64,000 nt of DNA from Leucoraja ocellata (GCA_036785375.1 JAWMAR010000079.1:868001-932000), one strand, 5' to 3'. Counted from the first letter of the stretch, positions 25,101 through 40,100 are shown. A program made the numbers and translations. The notes: generated from the sequence alone by a model not told the origin.

Positions 25101-28100
25101 GAATCTCTGGAATTCTCTGCCGCAGAAGGTAGTTGAGGCCAGTTCATTGGCTATATTTAAGAGGGAGTTAGATGTGGCCCTTGTGGCTAAAGGGATCAGG
25201 GGGTATGGAGATAAGGCAGGTACAGGATACTGAGTTGGATGATCAGCTATGATCATATTGAATGGTGGTGCAGGCTCGAAGGGCCGAATGGCCTACTCCT
25301 GCACCTATTTTCTATGTTTCTATGTAACATGAGTGCAAACATACCATACAAAGCAATTATCCAATTTGTTTGGTTTCTGAAACGGAGTGGAGGCCCTAAT
25401 GCCTGAAACGGAGTCACCGCTTCACCTGGGATGATGAAACTGTGAAAGGTCTGTTCCATGAATCCTATACCACAACAATAGGGTTCCTCTTATCCGTGCC
25501 GACCACACATTCAACACAGCACCCACCATCATGATTTCCGCCACCATCAACATGCTGCTACCATGGCATTAATCTTCTCCTCCGTTACAGTATTCTAACA
25601 GCTGCCCATACTACCTGCCTGTTCTTGTAACTCTTTCTTTCTCATCATCATGGACTGCCTTGCTGAAGACCTCTCTGTTTCCAAGGGAATTTCCTATCAG
25701 TTGTCACTTTAATGCTCCATCCCACTCCCACTGTGTGGTTTTTATTGCATCTTTCCTCTAACATTATTCGGATTATATTTCCACCAGAGATATCACCTGA
25801 AATTAGCCTTCACACCAGCGCCACCACCATTAGCCTCATTAAATCTTGTGTCCCTCTCCGCAACTTAACACATTTGATTTTTAACTTTGTCAATTTCTGA
25901 CGAAAGGCCTGATAGATTATGCCTGTTTCTCTCTTCACAGATGCTACCGGACCTGAGTATTTAGAGCAGTTTCTATTTTTCATTCACGTCTGCAACATCC
26001 ACTATATTTCATTTTTTAAATAATATTCACATTGATTTGCTATTTACAAGGTCGAATTTAAAGGACATTTAAATGTGGGAATATTTATTCTCACACAGCC
26101 TTTTCTCATCTTTGAACTCGAACAGTGTATCCTCCATCGTTTCTTCTTCATGCAACTTATCAAATATCTGAGCTATGCACCTGAGCCACCGCACTTGTTA
26201 GCCATATCCTCAATTCTGTCTGTGCTCTGGGAAAGGAAGCCTCTTCTGAACTCGTTAATGGGTTTGTAATAGCTACATAATTATCCCTATGCGTACTGTG
26301 ATCAAAATGTCATTAACTGGTGTTGCGTGCATTCAGCAACAAGAAACACCTACCTGAAAACATGCAGCCAGAACGCTCAACACTGGTGCGTTTTGCCGTA
26401 CTGCCTCACTCAAAAGATATCGCCATGGATTTGTATTATCTTGGCACCTATAGAGAACTTGAAAGAGATCTTTTGGGGACTTGGTCTCTTTGTCGGCTTC
26501 TTTCTTCATCACAGTGCAACTCGCTGGCTTTTCGTGAGAAACAAATTGCAAATTCTGAAAGGCTAACGTCATGTGGTCCTGCAGAATGGGACTGAAGTTT
26601 TTTAGCAGCCTCTTCACCTATAGAAAGGATCAGATGGTAACATAAGGACAAAGTTGTTTTTAAAAGTTTAACAAAGCAAGAAAACACTACAGTACTCTCT
26701 TAGCGTTTGATGAACAACTCAAGGTACTTAAAGCAATTTACAATCTTTTGTAAAAATGTCCAAGGCTATTGAGTAATTGGGCCCTTACAAAGCTCAACTT
26801 TACTTTTACAGAAGTAAAGTCATTCAGACAATAATTACATTTTCCTGTGCATAGATAGGGTGATATTTCAGGTTTATGGACAACATAACATAATAGATTC
26901 TCTTGAGCAATTCCAGTTCAAAATTGAGGTCTTTAAAAAAGGTAAACTGTCAGAGAATAATTTCCTCTTCGCAGAAAAGTGCTGCTGCATGAAGACATTT
27001 TGCACAAAATGTCTGATCCCCTTCTACTAATCAGTTGTGTGGAAAGAAAATGTCAACTTTTATTCCTGTGCAGGTCGACGGGTTACAGATTATCTCCAAG
27101 CCCTTAGCCAGCCCCCACACAGTTTAATCTCAATGTGACATCCATACTTCTCACTGTTACCACTGAAGAGGCTCTCTTTCAAACGGAGCTAGTGGCGCAG
27201 CTGGTAGAGCTGCTGCCTCATGGTACCAGAGACCCGGGTTTGATCCTAACTTCAGGTGTTGTCTGGCTTGTTTATAAATGGCAGACTTCTAGCCTAGAGT
27301 TTTCCCACCAGTGTGGTAGAGGAAGGCAATGTACAAAAGCAAGGGCACAAAGACATTCATATCAAGGGTCACGTAAACCAAATCTCACTCCAAAATCACA
27401 TTAGCAGAGATGGAAACAGACTGTTCAGTTGTCTATAATAAAATGTGGTGACACGAGAAGGAAAAGAGGCAAAGAGGAAGCAAATGCAACTTAATATTTC
27501 AAGCTTTTTACCTCTTCTGGTTGGTAGTTGTGAAGTTGAGCAAATACTATAAACTGCAGCCATTCATCTTCTTGGGCACAAGCCTGAAGGTAGGCCATGC
27601 TCAGGGGGATGTCATGAAGCCTGCAGAATTGTGCCATCAGTGACCACTCCTGACCAGCTTCTAAAGATACCCTGCAATTCAATAAGCTCAATGTTATTTC
27701 TGATTTGATGAAGCTGCACCGTAACAATTGTACAAAAAGCGAGAGATTAGTTATGGTTACACATTTTTGATACCTCCTTATATTTTTTCTTTGTATGTTC
27801 TCCCAAGTAGCATTCTCTAAATGTGTAAGCAATTCTTCTGCTGATGATCGATTCCCTTCAACCAAGTTCTGAAGTTTTTCAGCTGGGAAAAAACACAATA
27901 AGACATCAGGGATTAATTTAAAAATGTATTTACATATGACTTTTATGCAGTGTCCAGTGAACATGGAAATTGGCTCACTAACCGATGCTGAAATCATAAA
28001 CAATAATTCATCAGAAAATGAGAAGTTCTAAAGGGGTTAGTCAGAATGTTACGGAGGGGAGGGAACGGTGACGGTGAGTGGGCTGGGGGCTTGGAGGCGC

Positions 28101-31100
28101 TCTGGGGGTTCCACGGTCAGCTGCGGGAGGTGACCCAGGTCACGGAGGCAGAGCGGAGGCAAGGGAACAGCACGTCGAAAGGCGAGGTGCTGGTGGAGTG
28201 GGCCGCTGGAGGCCCCGCAACAGCCTGGGGCTCTATTGGATCGGGCGCTGCTCACAGGCTGAGGATGTGGCCTGCAGCGCTATCAACAATACGCAATGCA
28301 AATGGCCACCACCACGGCAAATGTTTTTCCCCCCCAAAATTTAGCAACTCAAAATGGGGTGCGTTTTCATCGCCGGGAAATACGTAAATAAGTAAAAACG
28401 ACTGTGTTATTCTACATTAGAGTTATAAGTAAATCTAAATTTAATGTAAAAAGAAAGCCCTGAGGATGAGACCTCTGAACTAGTAAAATGTTCATAGACT
28501 TTTATTATCACTACTCTAAATACTACCAATATTCCTTTGCTGCAAATCTTGACTTAAATGTGAATCTCTCCATTTTCACAGCCTTTGTTGGAGAGCTGCT
28601 ATTCAAATACTTCCCTTCATCGTATCTTTTCCACCACAGGTTTGCCTACTACAATGGAACGTGCCACCTGGAGCATATCACTATTTACTTGTAAACTTGC
28701 CAGAACTATGCTGCTTGTAGAACTCTCTGCTCATTGCTATGAGAGAACAACCCAAATTAAAGGAATTTCTAAAGGGTGTTCATCCAGCAGATGGAAGAGC
28801 AGCTTGGAAGTGCGAGGTGATGCATTTTTGGGAAATCCAAAAGAGGCAAGACAGATACAATAAAATAGGACGTTAAGAAATGTTGATTAACAGTGGGACC
28901 ATGGAGTACATCCACAGTACTCTGAAAGCAGCAACACAGCACGGTGAAGAAGGAATGTAGCATGCTTGTCTTCATAGGTCAGAGCATTAAATGTAAAGTT
29001 GGGATGCCTTGTAGTAATTTTACATAATATTGCTTAGTCCGCACTGAAGTCTTGTACACAGTTCTGGTCACCACATGAAAGGAAGGTTATGGTTGTGCAG
29101 GAGAGTGTGCAGAGAATATTCAGCACAATATTGTCGGGATTGAAGTTCTTTAATTACAAGAAGAGATTGGATAGGCTGGGCTTATTTTCCCTGGAGCAAA
29201 GGCTGAGGGGTGACTTCATAGAGGTATGTAAAATTAAGAAAGGCATAAACAGGATAGATCGAATCCCTTTCCCTTGGTAGAGTATCAAAAACAAAGGTTT
29301 AAGGTGAAAGGAAGGACTCTTTAATCTGAAGGAAAAGGTTTTGTTTACATAGAGGATTGTCAACATCTGGAACATGCTGCCTGAGGTGGTGAAAGAGTCA
29401 GATACCACCACTACGTTTAAGGGGCATTTAGATAGGCAAGGTAGAGAAGGAAACATGCCTTAATTGGGAAAATAGGATCAATATAGACGGGCAAAACAGT
29501 CAACATAAATATAGTTGGCTGAAGGGCATGTTTCTGTGGTGGGCCATGACTATCTTTCCTTGCTCTAGATGGCAGGTGATCTGGAATCGTGATTTCCAGT
29601 GTCAATGTGGGTGGCAGCGGTAAAGAAAAGCACAAGCACAGCAGGATATATTTACTCTCCGGGCGGGATAGCCCATTGTCCCAGTGTAGAATTACCTGGT
29701 CTCTCTGTCAATATAACAAATATCAGACATTTCTCAAGATAAACCAGGAGGACAAGGCAAAGAACCGTCAATACACGTCTACCAACTATTGTAAGTGCAA
29801 GTTGAGTTACTTGAGATCATAATGTGTTTTACAAAACATGAACACTGCTAAATAGCTGGTACCCAGGATTGTACTCTATCCAAACCACAAGGCAAAATGG
29901 ATGATGGACAATGATGTCAAGACAAAAACCTTGCAATTTATATTGTTTCATACACATTAAATACTGCCCAATGAACATCCCCTTAACATAATATACAACA
30001 CAATATTCGCATTAATTGATAATTCTCACTATGATGGAACATCGCATGTCAAGAGAAGCAAGATAATTACCTAAAGCATGTTGTAATAAGTTGTGTTGAG
30101 ACTCTTCAGTGTTTGTACACTGATGTTTCAAAACCACATTTGTCACTTTAAGGTCAATTCTAAGTTTAAAGCTGCCAACACCAAGTAGCTCAAGAAAGGC
30201 AACACATGCTGTGGCAACAACAGGTACGGTGAAGTGGGCTAATCCAAGAACGTACGCTTCAGTGCTCACTCGCTCGATCCTGAATCAGAAAGGAGAACAA
30301 ATCAGGTCTGCAATTATCATGGAAAAGGCATGTTCACAGAAAATCACTCGGGCTGAACAAAATAATTTCGGCTTTTATATTCATTTCCAGCATCTGAAGT
30401 ATTTTGTTATTGCATAGATCAGTTCAGCAAAAGAAACATTACATTTTGTAATAGTCAACAAAAGGCACCATAAAATTAGTCCCATTATTAGATAGTAAAT
30501 AACTAAATTTAGACATTAAAAATCGGATAATTATTTGTCTATTGCTCACTGCAGAGGGAGGTAGATTATTTTCAAATGCTACATTTTTGACTCCGGCTAC
30601 CTTTTTGTGAGGAGGAGTCAGTTTTGCATCTTCTGCGTTTGAATGAACCATCCCCGTGCATGACACACACTAATATTGATCCACACGCTAATATTATTTA
30701 TTAATAGCTTTGGTTTTTTCTGTATTTACATCGTGCCTATCATTGATTTAAGAGATTCCAGAGTGCTTTAGGGCTAACTAAGTCCTTACATTATGTCACT
30801 GTTGTGATGCGGTAAATTGTGCTAATATGCCCACAGAAAACTCCTACAAGTTATCAACTACAACTCCGTCTGAAGAAGGGTCTCAACCCAAAACATCACC
30901 TATTCCTTTTCTCTGGAGATGCTGTCTGACCCGCTGAGTTACCCCGCTGAGTTACTCCAGGTTTTTGTGTCTATCTTTAGCAACCACATAGGCTGCTTTA
31001 GTGGCATTGGTGAGGGAATAAATGGTGGCAAGGACACTAGTGATAACTCCCTGCTCTCTTCTTTTAGGTATTGTAATTTCTATGTGGAAATTTTGTGGAA

Positions 31101-34100
31101 AAGGCAGAATCTACTTAAAATGTTTCATACAATTCAAGTGAAGTCGAGTATATTATCACAGGCAGAAGTGTGGTGAGGTACAGGTACAATGAAAATGTTG
31201 TTTGCAACAGCATTACAGGCACATAGATTAGACATCACACAGAATATAAAAATGTATAAATTATTCAAGTGAAAAGAAAAAGACTGAGCAAAATTAGACA
31301 GTGAAAAAGCACAATTAGAAACAAGTCCATGGTAGTGCAAGAGGGTGTTCTGTTTATGAAGTAGGATTAGCATTCTGCAGGTCATTCCAAGAACCTGATA
31401 ATTGTAGGAAAGAATCTATTCTTGTGATTTAGGACATCAAGCTTCTGTACCTCCTGCACAACAGTTGGAACAAGAAGAGGGCATGGCCCAGATGGTGGGA
31501 CTCATTGATGATAGATGCCATCTTCCTGATTCAGGGCCTCATGTAGATGCTTTTGAATAATTGCACCTTTGTATTCCAGAGCTTTTAAATCTGCTCTGGA
31601 GTTTCAGCTTTGATCCTATGACTGATTGGTTGGATAACACCTTTCTAACTCAGAAGAAGTTGGACTTCAAAGATATTATATCCATTTATTGGTGTTGTCT
31701 TTAAGAAAGCATTAAATTGATTTACTCACAAGAGACTTGAACAAAGAAAAACAGCTCAGTGAATCAAAAAGGAAATGTCCCAAACAAGATTAAAGATTAG
31801 GTAGAGAGTTAGAACAGTGTACATTTAGTAAAGACATGGCTAGGAGGGCCCTTTACTGGTAAGAATATTTATAGGATACAATAAAAAAAGTTTTATAGTC
31901 AGTCTGAAGAAGGGTCCCAAAGCAAACCATTGTTTTTCCATTTCCCTCCACAGATGCTGCCTGGCTTTCCATCCAGCACTTTGTGTTTTACACGTTAGAA
32001 TCAGCTTGGTTCTTGAATAATGTTGCCAAATGCTATATAATAAACCCCTTATGACAACACAGACCAAACATAAACAGGAAAAAATATGATATGTATTTTT
32101 TTTTCAAATTAATGACTTCCACGAACATGGACATGTTCAACTGAACCAAGAGCACCCACATTTCATACTTAGTGATATTTAGAGCAGTACTGCACGGCAA
32201 TTTCTTAAAATACTTACAACTGCTTGGGTGAATTGCTCTTCACCAACTGCTGAACAAGGAAAGTTGCAAAGGCATATGATGGGCGCCCATGATGCAGGTA
32301 GTAGGAAAAGTCTAACCTTTCTGTTATGGCATATTTGTTCACCAAATCAGGGCAAGAAAAGTGAGGCAATTCACTTGAAAAATCTGTGGACAAACAACAC
32401 AAATGTTGTTAGAATGGAAAATGGAGAGATCTTTCTCACTCCTATCTGATCTTGTGCATTCACGTAAGCAATTGTAGGAGAAATTCTTCAGCATGCACAG
32501 TTTTTTGGAGTGAAAAATTCCAAAGAATTATAACCTCCAGTGAACCTCCTATCTTGGTTACAACAAACCCGTGAGGCCTCTCAGAATATTCAATGTTGAT
32601 TACATTTACCCGAACTTCGTTAAAATTCTATAGATCAGCCCTTCATCCAAGCAACCAATCCAGTGGATCGTGATACAAAGAATTTCCATTACAGCATTTA
32701 TTTTCATTTAAATTAACAATCCTAGTTGAACTGTTGAGTCAACTGTCTTTTGGAAATGTGTAAGAAGGAATTGCAGATGCTGGTATACACCAAAGATAGA
32801 CACAAAAAGCTGGAGTAACTCAGCGGGGCAGATAGCATCTCTGGAGAGAAGGAATGGGTGACATTTTGGGTCGAGACCCTTCTTCAGACTGGTTAGGGAT
32901 AAGGGAAACGAGAAAAATAGATGGTGATGTGGAGAGATAAAGGACAATGAATGACCTTCTCTCCAGAGATGCTGCGTGTCCCGCTGAGTTACTCCAGCTT
33001 TTTGTGTCTATCTGTCTTTTGGAAGTGGCACGTGAACAGAATAAGAGATGATACGCCCAGGAGGGTGTAGAGGAGATTCACCTGGGTTGGCTGGGATGAA
33101 GTGCTATTAGTTTAGTTTAGTTTAGAGACACAGTGCGGAAACAGGTCCTTCGGCCCTACGGGTCCATGCCAACCAGCGATCACCCCGTACCCTAACACTA
33201 TCCAACACGCGAGGGAAAATTTACAGTTTTTACCAAACCCAATTAACCGACAAACCTGTACGTCTTTGGAGCATGGAAGGAAACTGGAGCACCCGTGAAA
33301 ACCCAGGAGGTCACAGGGAGAATGTACAAACTCCATACAGACAGCCCCCGTAGCCAGAATCAAACCCGGAGTCTCTGATGCTGTAAGGCAGCAACTCTAC
33401 TGCTGCGCCACCGTGACAGCCAATTGTTAATGCCTTAGATAAATAATATATATATTCCAAAAGAGGTAAGCAAAGATAAGCAATATCCACAATGTTAATT
33501 TAAATGCTTAGAACGGAAGACAACTTTTACTGGTGATTTGTCGCAAATTCTGGTTCTTTGTCAACTTCTTCCCTTCTTGACTTTACCCCTGGATACATCT
33601 CTTTTAACACGTGTCCTCTCTGCCATCTTGTCATAATTACCAGTCTTTATGTACAATTAGATACTGAATGCAACAGATGAACACTTGTAAGACATCACAG
33701 CAAGTCTACTGTGATTGACTAAAGCTGACACACGGAAATGTTTCTGAGGAACTCAAATTAGAGGAAGCAAGGTAAAGAATCAAATCCAATTTGAGCATCT
33801 TCTACTTCTCATTCAGTTCCTTGGGATGGAGGATGACTTGCAAAGCCAGAGCAGAAGCAAGTCATCAATTCGAGAGTCTCAAATGTCAGGGTATGTCAAT
33901 TCAAATGGCAATTGAAATGTGGTTGTTCTAGTCCTGTGCAGTTCAGTTAAATGTTACTTTTACCTGGGTGCCATTGTTATCTGCCTTTAAAATTTTTATT
34001 TCCGTTTGTAATGAACTGTCAAACCTATCATGAAGATACTATTCCTGGTTTGCTTTAGATAAGCAACACCCACCATTTCAAGAACCAAACTTATCGGCAA

Positions 34101-37100
34101 AAACTAATGAGTTCAGCAGCTGACAACAGATACATGAAATTAGTGCCCTAATTGCCCTTGAAAGCTTTGGCAAGCTCCTCTAACTGCCTTCTCTCCTAAT
34201 TCTGTCTGTTGCTCTAGTTACATTCATTAATCTCAAAGGCACTCACCACAAGTGGAGAGCAAGTTGGCAGACTGCCAACTGAAGAGCCTAGATGGGTCAA
34301 AGGGGTGCAGTGACTATAAGAAATAAAGGAAAATTAAATGAGCAAAGTCTCCTGGAATTAAAACATGAACAAAGGGTGGTGGATATAAAACATCTGTGCA
34401 TGCTTAAAAAGAGCAGAAATCTTATTGAAGTTTACAGGTCAAAATGAATGCACAATAATGAGCTTTATGCAATTTCCCAGTGAACACACATAACAAGTTA
34501 TGAACAATTTAAATGTTCTTTATTCTTGTTCTGCTCAAAATAAAAACATAATGAATCATTTTACATTGTACAATATGACACATCCTAAACTGAAACTGTC
34601 GTTATGCAGTCGAATAGGTCTTCAAACCAACAAGGACATTTGTCATCATTAAAGCTGTGTTTATTCAAGTGTCTAATAGAAAAGCTGCAGTCTGCCCCAT
34701 TGCACACATAAATTACAAGGTCCCAAAAAGCCTGAGTTGGAAGTATGGGATGGTTAACAATCTGGGTGACAATGAGCAAACATCTCCAAATGTTTTATAT
34801 CAAACTGAATGGTATAATTAATTGTAAGAGATTACCCTACATTGTTGCAATAAATTTACCTTTCAATTCCTTTATGATTCAAGGTAATTTCATCTTGAGT
34901 GAAAATATTTTTAAACTTCATAGTACACTGAGGACAATGATTCTAAAAGAGATCCTTTTACAAGCTAACATACAGCAGAGGCAGGGAGTATTTTGAGCAT
35001 TCTATAACTTGTGGGATCAACCCTACACATATTTTCAGCCAGTTTAGTACATATATTATGAATATCGGCGGCCTCATGCTCGCCTGTCTGATTTACATAT
35101 TTAAAAATTGGGCACTGATTGCTTCATTACTATTCCAACTGTGAAATCTGGTCAATTATGATCAGTCACCTGTTGGTGTTGAACAATAGATTAAAGGATT
35201 AGATTAAATAGATTCAAGTTTGGGTTAAAGGATGACAAAAAGCTGCCTGTGGCAAGCAAGCTTATGCTGAATGCACACTGGCTGTTAATATTAGTTTAAC
35301 TAAATTTGGAGTCTCTACTCTCCTTTGATACTCAGTTGTATTCCTTAGCTAAGAATGAAATTTCAACTATATTGCAATCACTAGACTATAACTTCAAGAA
35401 CCTTGGAAAATTACCCTGCCCGTTATCATAAGTAGACAAAAAAATGTTGTAGAAACGCAGCGGGTGAGGCAGCATCTATGGAGAAAAGGAGTAGGCGACG
35501 TTTCGGGTCAGATTGATGTCAGGGGTGGGGGGTGGGGGGTGGGGGGGAATAACAGAACCCGTTATCATGCTCTGTCCACACAGTGGAATGTAAGAAAAGC
35601 AACAACATTAACCATCCAGTTAACTCCAGGCCAGTTAACTCGAATTCTTAAGTTTCACACTTTTACAGATGGAACTATTCTTTCGAAAAGGACAAAATGA
35701 ATGAAGGGCACTGGCTAGGGGAGTGGGAGAACTCCTTTGTGTTTATATACAGGATTCTTCATGCCCACCTGCAAAGTAGACAAGGCCTTGAGTAAATGCC
35801 TCAGCTAAGAGCAAGTATCTGTCACATGTGCAAACCTGTCGAGAGAAGATCAGCCTGGATAATGAGCTCTGGTCTCTAGGTTACATTTAACCCACAAAAT
35901 TCTGATTTAAAGGCAACTGTGGCAACCAACATTTGGACCATTCTTACCATTCCCCACTGACCAGAATTCTATTTTGTTTTAATAATTGCAGAAAGCGATA
36001 CGACTGGTCCAAATGTTGAAGACCTAAGTTGGGCCAATTTTGATGGTATTTCATCTTGGGACGTTCAAAAGTTGATTGGGGGAGGTAAAGGGACATCTGG
36101 CAAGTGGGAGGTTTCTAAAAGTGTATGGAAAGCTCAGAGCCAGCATGAACCTGTTAAGAGTGAAGGGCAAGGCATTCAGGAGTGGGCAACCAAAGATGAC
36201 AAGAGATATTGAGGCTCTGGTTATAAAAAAAAGTCTTATGTCAGGCATAGGCAGCTGGGATGGTGAATCTCTTGAGTATAGGGGGTGCAGAAGCACACTT
36301 AAGAGGGAAATCAGGAAGCAAAAAGAGAACATGAGATAGCTTTAGCAGATAAGGTAAAAGAGAATCCAAAGAAATGCTAGTAGGATATTAAGGGCAAGAA
36401 TCATTGGGGAGAGAATAGGATCCCTTGAAAATCAACAAGGTTTTCTATGTGTGAAGCCACAAGAGATGGGCAAGGTGTTAAATGAGTATTTCTCATCCAT
36501 ACTCACTGTGGAGTAAGACGTGGATGCTAGGGAATTCAGGAAAGTTAATCATGAAGTCTCGAAGAGAGTCCAATTTAAAGAAGAGGCGCTAGTGATCTTG
36601 AAACACATCAAGGTAGATATATCATGATCAAGTGTATCCTAGGATATTGTAAATTAGCCAATTGGATACAGGGGGTAGTGATAGAGGACTGTTTTTTAGA
36701 TTGGGGGCCTGCAGTGAGAGACATGCTGCAGGAATCAGCATTGGGTCATTATAGTTCTTTAATATTGGTCATTGTTGGTCATTACTGGTTCATGATTTAT
36801 ATTCACAATTTGAATAAATGAATTTCTGAAGTACAAAAGAAATAGAAGGTCCTACTTTCTTATGTTCCCATTCCATTTATTTTATGTAATGGTATCAAGA
36901 GGCGATAATACTTGCCTAAAGAAAGGGGACAAAGAAAAGGAAACATGCATTGTGGTTCTAGGCAAAGAAGGTAGAATATAACCAGTATTGCAATTGTACA
37001 ACATCCAACACAGATACATTATTGTAAGAATGCTGTTTACGAAAGAAGAAGAAACCCAAACATTTAATATGAGACGCATTGTGAATACCTGCAAAAGATG

Positions 37101-40100
37101 GTAGAGAGAGATGTCTGGTGGTGGAAGGCCATGAAGAGTGAGCTGCGGAAAGAGAGCAGCACGCAGCTTGGGATAAGGAGCCAGAGCCATTTTCAATAAC
37201 TGCGGGTCAACCTTCCAGAGGGAATCACCAACATCTTCCTTTTTCTGCATCACCTAGAAAACCACAGATAAAGAGATGTATCCGGAGCCTGTCACAATTT
37301 CAAAAGGTCACAAAGGCATTTTAACTGACGAGAAAATGTTGAATGTTCGATGTCCTTTGCTTTTATGAGTTACGATAAATGACTAAGATATTCAAAATTA
37401 AGCAGGGCAGTTTAGAACAAATCAGAAATGACAATTTCTAATAATGAATGAATTAGTAATTTAGACTATAAATTTAAGATCATCCATTATAGAATGAAAG
37501 GAAGTCAAGATATTAAAGTATTTTTCCCCCAGAGGTCTGTTAAATAAAATGTTCCCTGAGAAGGTGCTGATAGAAGAGGCATATTAGACTTTGAAAGGCA
37601 TATGAGTATGTATTTCAAAAGAACGTGAAAAGGGATGTGAAGATATGGCAGGAGGTCGGGAGAGTTGGTTAGCTCTCACAGACAGCATTGTTGAATTGCT
37701 GCCGTTTAAGCATAAAATTCCAAATGTTTACCAAGTTTGGTTGAAGAGGCATATGGAATTGTCAGGTGTAAAACTCCAAGAGAAAACAGTTTACATGCAT
37801 AACTTTATTTTGTTTATTTTGAATTGGCATACAACCCCACGTTACCCCAATTTTCTGCTACATGCTCAAAAGAAGCAGGTGTTCTTATTCAATTAAAAAC
37901 AACTCATAAATCGATCATTACAAGAAACCTTGGAGCTTGGAATGACAACCTCATGCAATGGGATCAAACTTAAAAAGTAGAAGTTTCAATCTTTTAAAGG
38001 TACAGCCTTTTATAACTCACCCGATCAATTCCTCCAGGAGCAAACATAATGGTGGCTAACGCCATCAGAGTATGCCCTTCCAGAAGCATGCTGCTGACAC
38101 TGGCTTGGTTACTAGGGATCAGCATTTGGGCATTTGCCAGACTTGCTTGGAATGCCAGAGATGCATCTAAAGACATAAAATGGAAGTCAGTACAGCTGCA
38201 AGCGTAAAACGAATGGAGCACATTAATGTAATATTTCAAACTAAGAATGAACACCAGAGTACAGGAGATTCAGTCATACCACAAGCAATGCTGTAATTAC
38301 CAGTATCCTACTCCACACACAAATGTGACCTTTGCCACAGAGACTGTCACTCCCGCATTGGTCTCTTCAGCCACAAGCGTCGCTGCTCCAGCCGAGGTTT
38401 GGAGCAAACAGCCAACAACTAGGATGCATCACACATGGTCAGTCATGACCGAGGGGGGCCTACGGGGAGTCCACCTGAGGTAGTGCGATTGGGTGATCAA
38501 TAATTAGCTAGTCAAAGAGCTTTACCTAATACTAAACTGGAAGCAGAGGAATTGTTCTTTTGCAGGAATACTTTAGATACTTCCAACATTAGCTATATCT
38601 CTGCTAAAGTAACAACAGGACAATTTATAATGATTTAAAGAGACCCAAGGGAGAACCATGATAAAGAATTAAAACCATGACATACAAGGACAGATAATTA
38701 AAAGCCTGGACAAATGACAGGTTTTAAGAAGTATCTCAAATAAGATGCAGTTCCAGAACTTGAGTCTGGGACCTGAGAGCAGATAGCAACAGTGGTGTGA
38801 TTAAACATATAGACGGTGAGTAGCCAGAATGGGAAGAGCAGAGACCTCAGAGGGTTGCAGACTTTGAATAACAAAAATAGATGGGAAGGGGTGAGATCAT
38901 GACGGATTTTGAGATAAACCTTTTTCAAAAATTGCTTAATTGAGAACAAACATATATGTCATTCAGCAAGTGATATGCGCACTGAATTTAGTTCACGATG
39001 ACAGGTAGTTAAATTAACTTAATAAGCATTAAATCACTTTAACTCAATTATGAATACCTGCTGGATTGTCAGCAACCTCTCTTATTCGCATTAAAAACTC
39101 AAACCAAGGGTGGGCCACGTGGAGAGCTTCGTCGTCCAGCACAGGGCAGTTTGAGGGCCTCAACCTGTGAGCAAATCATGAACAAAGTCGACAGTAAATG
39201 TCAAATGTAAATAGTATATTGGAAAGTTGGTGGACATCTAACATTTCATATGTATGTCAATTTTGGGGTGAACAAGGCAAATTATTATCCCAAACATTCA
39301 CTACTGCTTCTCAACAATTCAAAAAAGATATATTGTATTTGAATTTAAATATGGAACAGGAACTTTAATGGCAATTTAAGTTTTATTCGTCTTCAGTTTG
39401 CAATATCTTTCTACTAGAAATTATATTTTGTTGATGTTGATTTGCACAATGGCACAGTGGTAGAGTTGCTGCCTTACAGTGCTTGCAGCGCCGGTGACCC
39501 GAGTTCAATCCCGACCACAGGTGCTGTCTGTATGGAGTTTGTGCATTCTCCCAGTGACCTACGTGGGTTTTCTCCGAGATCTTTGGTTTCCTCCCACACC
39601 TCAAAGATGTACAGGTATGTTGGTTAATTGGCTTGGTAAATGTAAAAATGGTTCCTAGTGTGTGTAGGATAGTGTTATTGTGCGGGGATCGCTGGTCGGC
39701 GAGAACTCGGTGGGCCGAAGGGCCTGTTTCCGCGCTGTATCTCTAAAAAAACTAGGGCACAGGGAAGTCCGAGGTGGCAAAAGTACTGGATGAAATTATA
39801 CCTTAAAATGATGTGGTCAATTATATATCTTGGTGAGTATCGATTATTCTGAAGCCACCATTACACCCCTATGAGTGATCATCAGTTCAATGCCACTCTC
39901 CACTTGCCATATATGGTTTTTAAATAAATGAAGCTCATATATCACCAATGACACAGGATTTCAAATACAGCTCTTAATAATCATTCTTATTTTGGGAATA
40001 GGATGCAAAGATGGGCAGTGGAAACAATTGGAGAACTCATTCAAAGACTCTGTCCAGCTAAAAAGGCCAAATAGCATTTCCCCGTGCAGTAGACCTCTAC

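Noticed and set aside
39443-39520. tRNA gene
   Set aside because: The A/B boxes belong to a V-SINE head; there is no complete cloverleaf.
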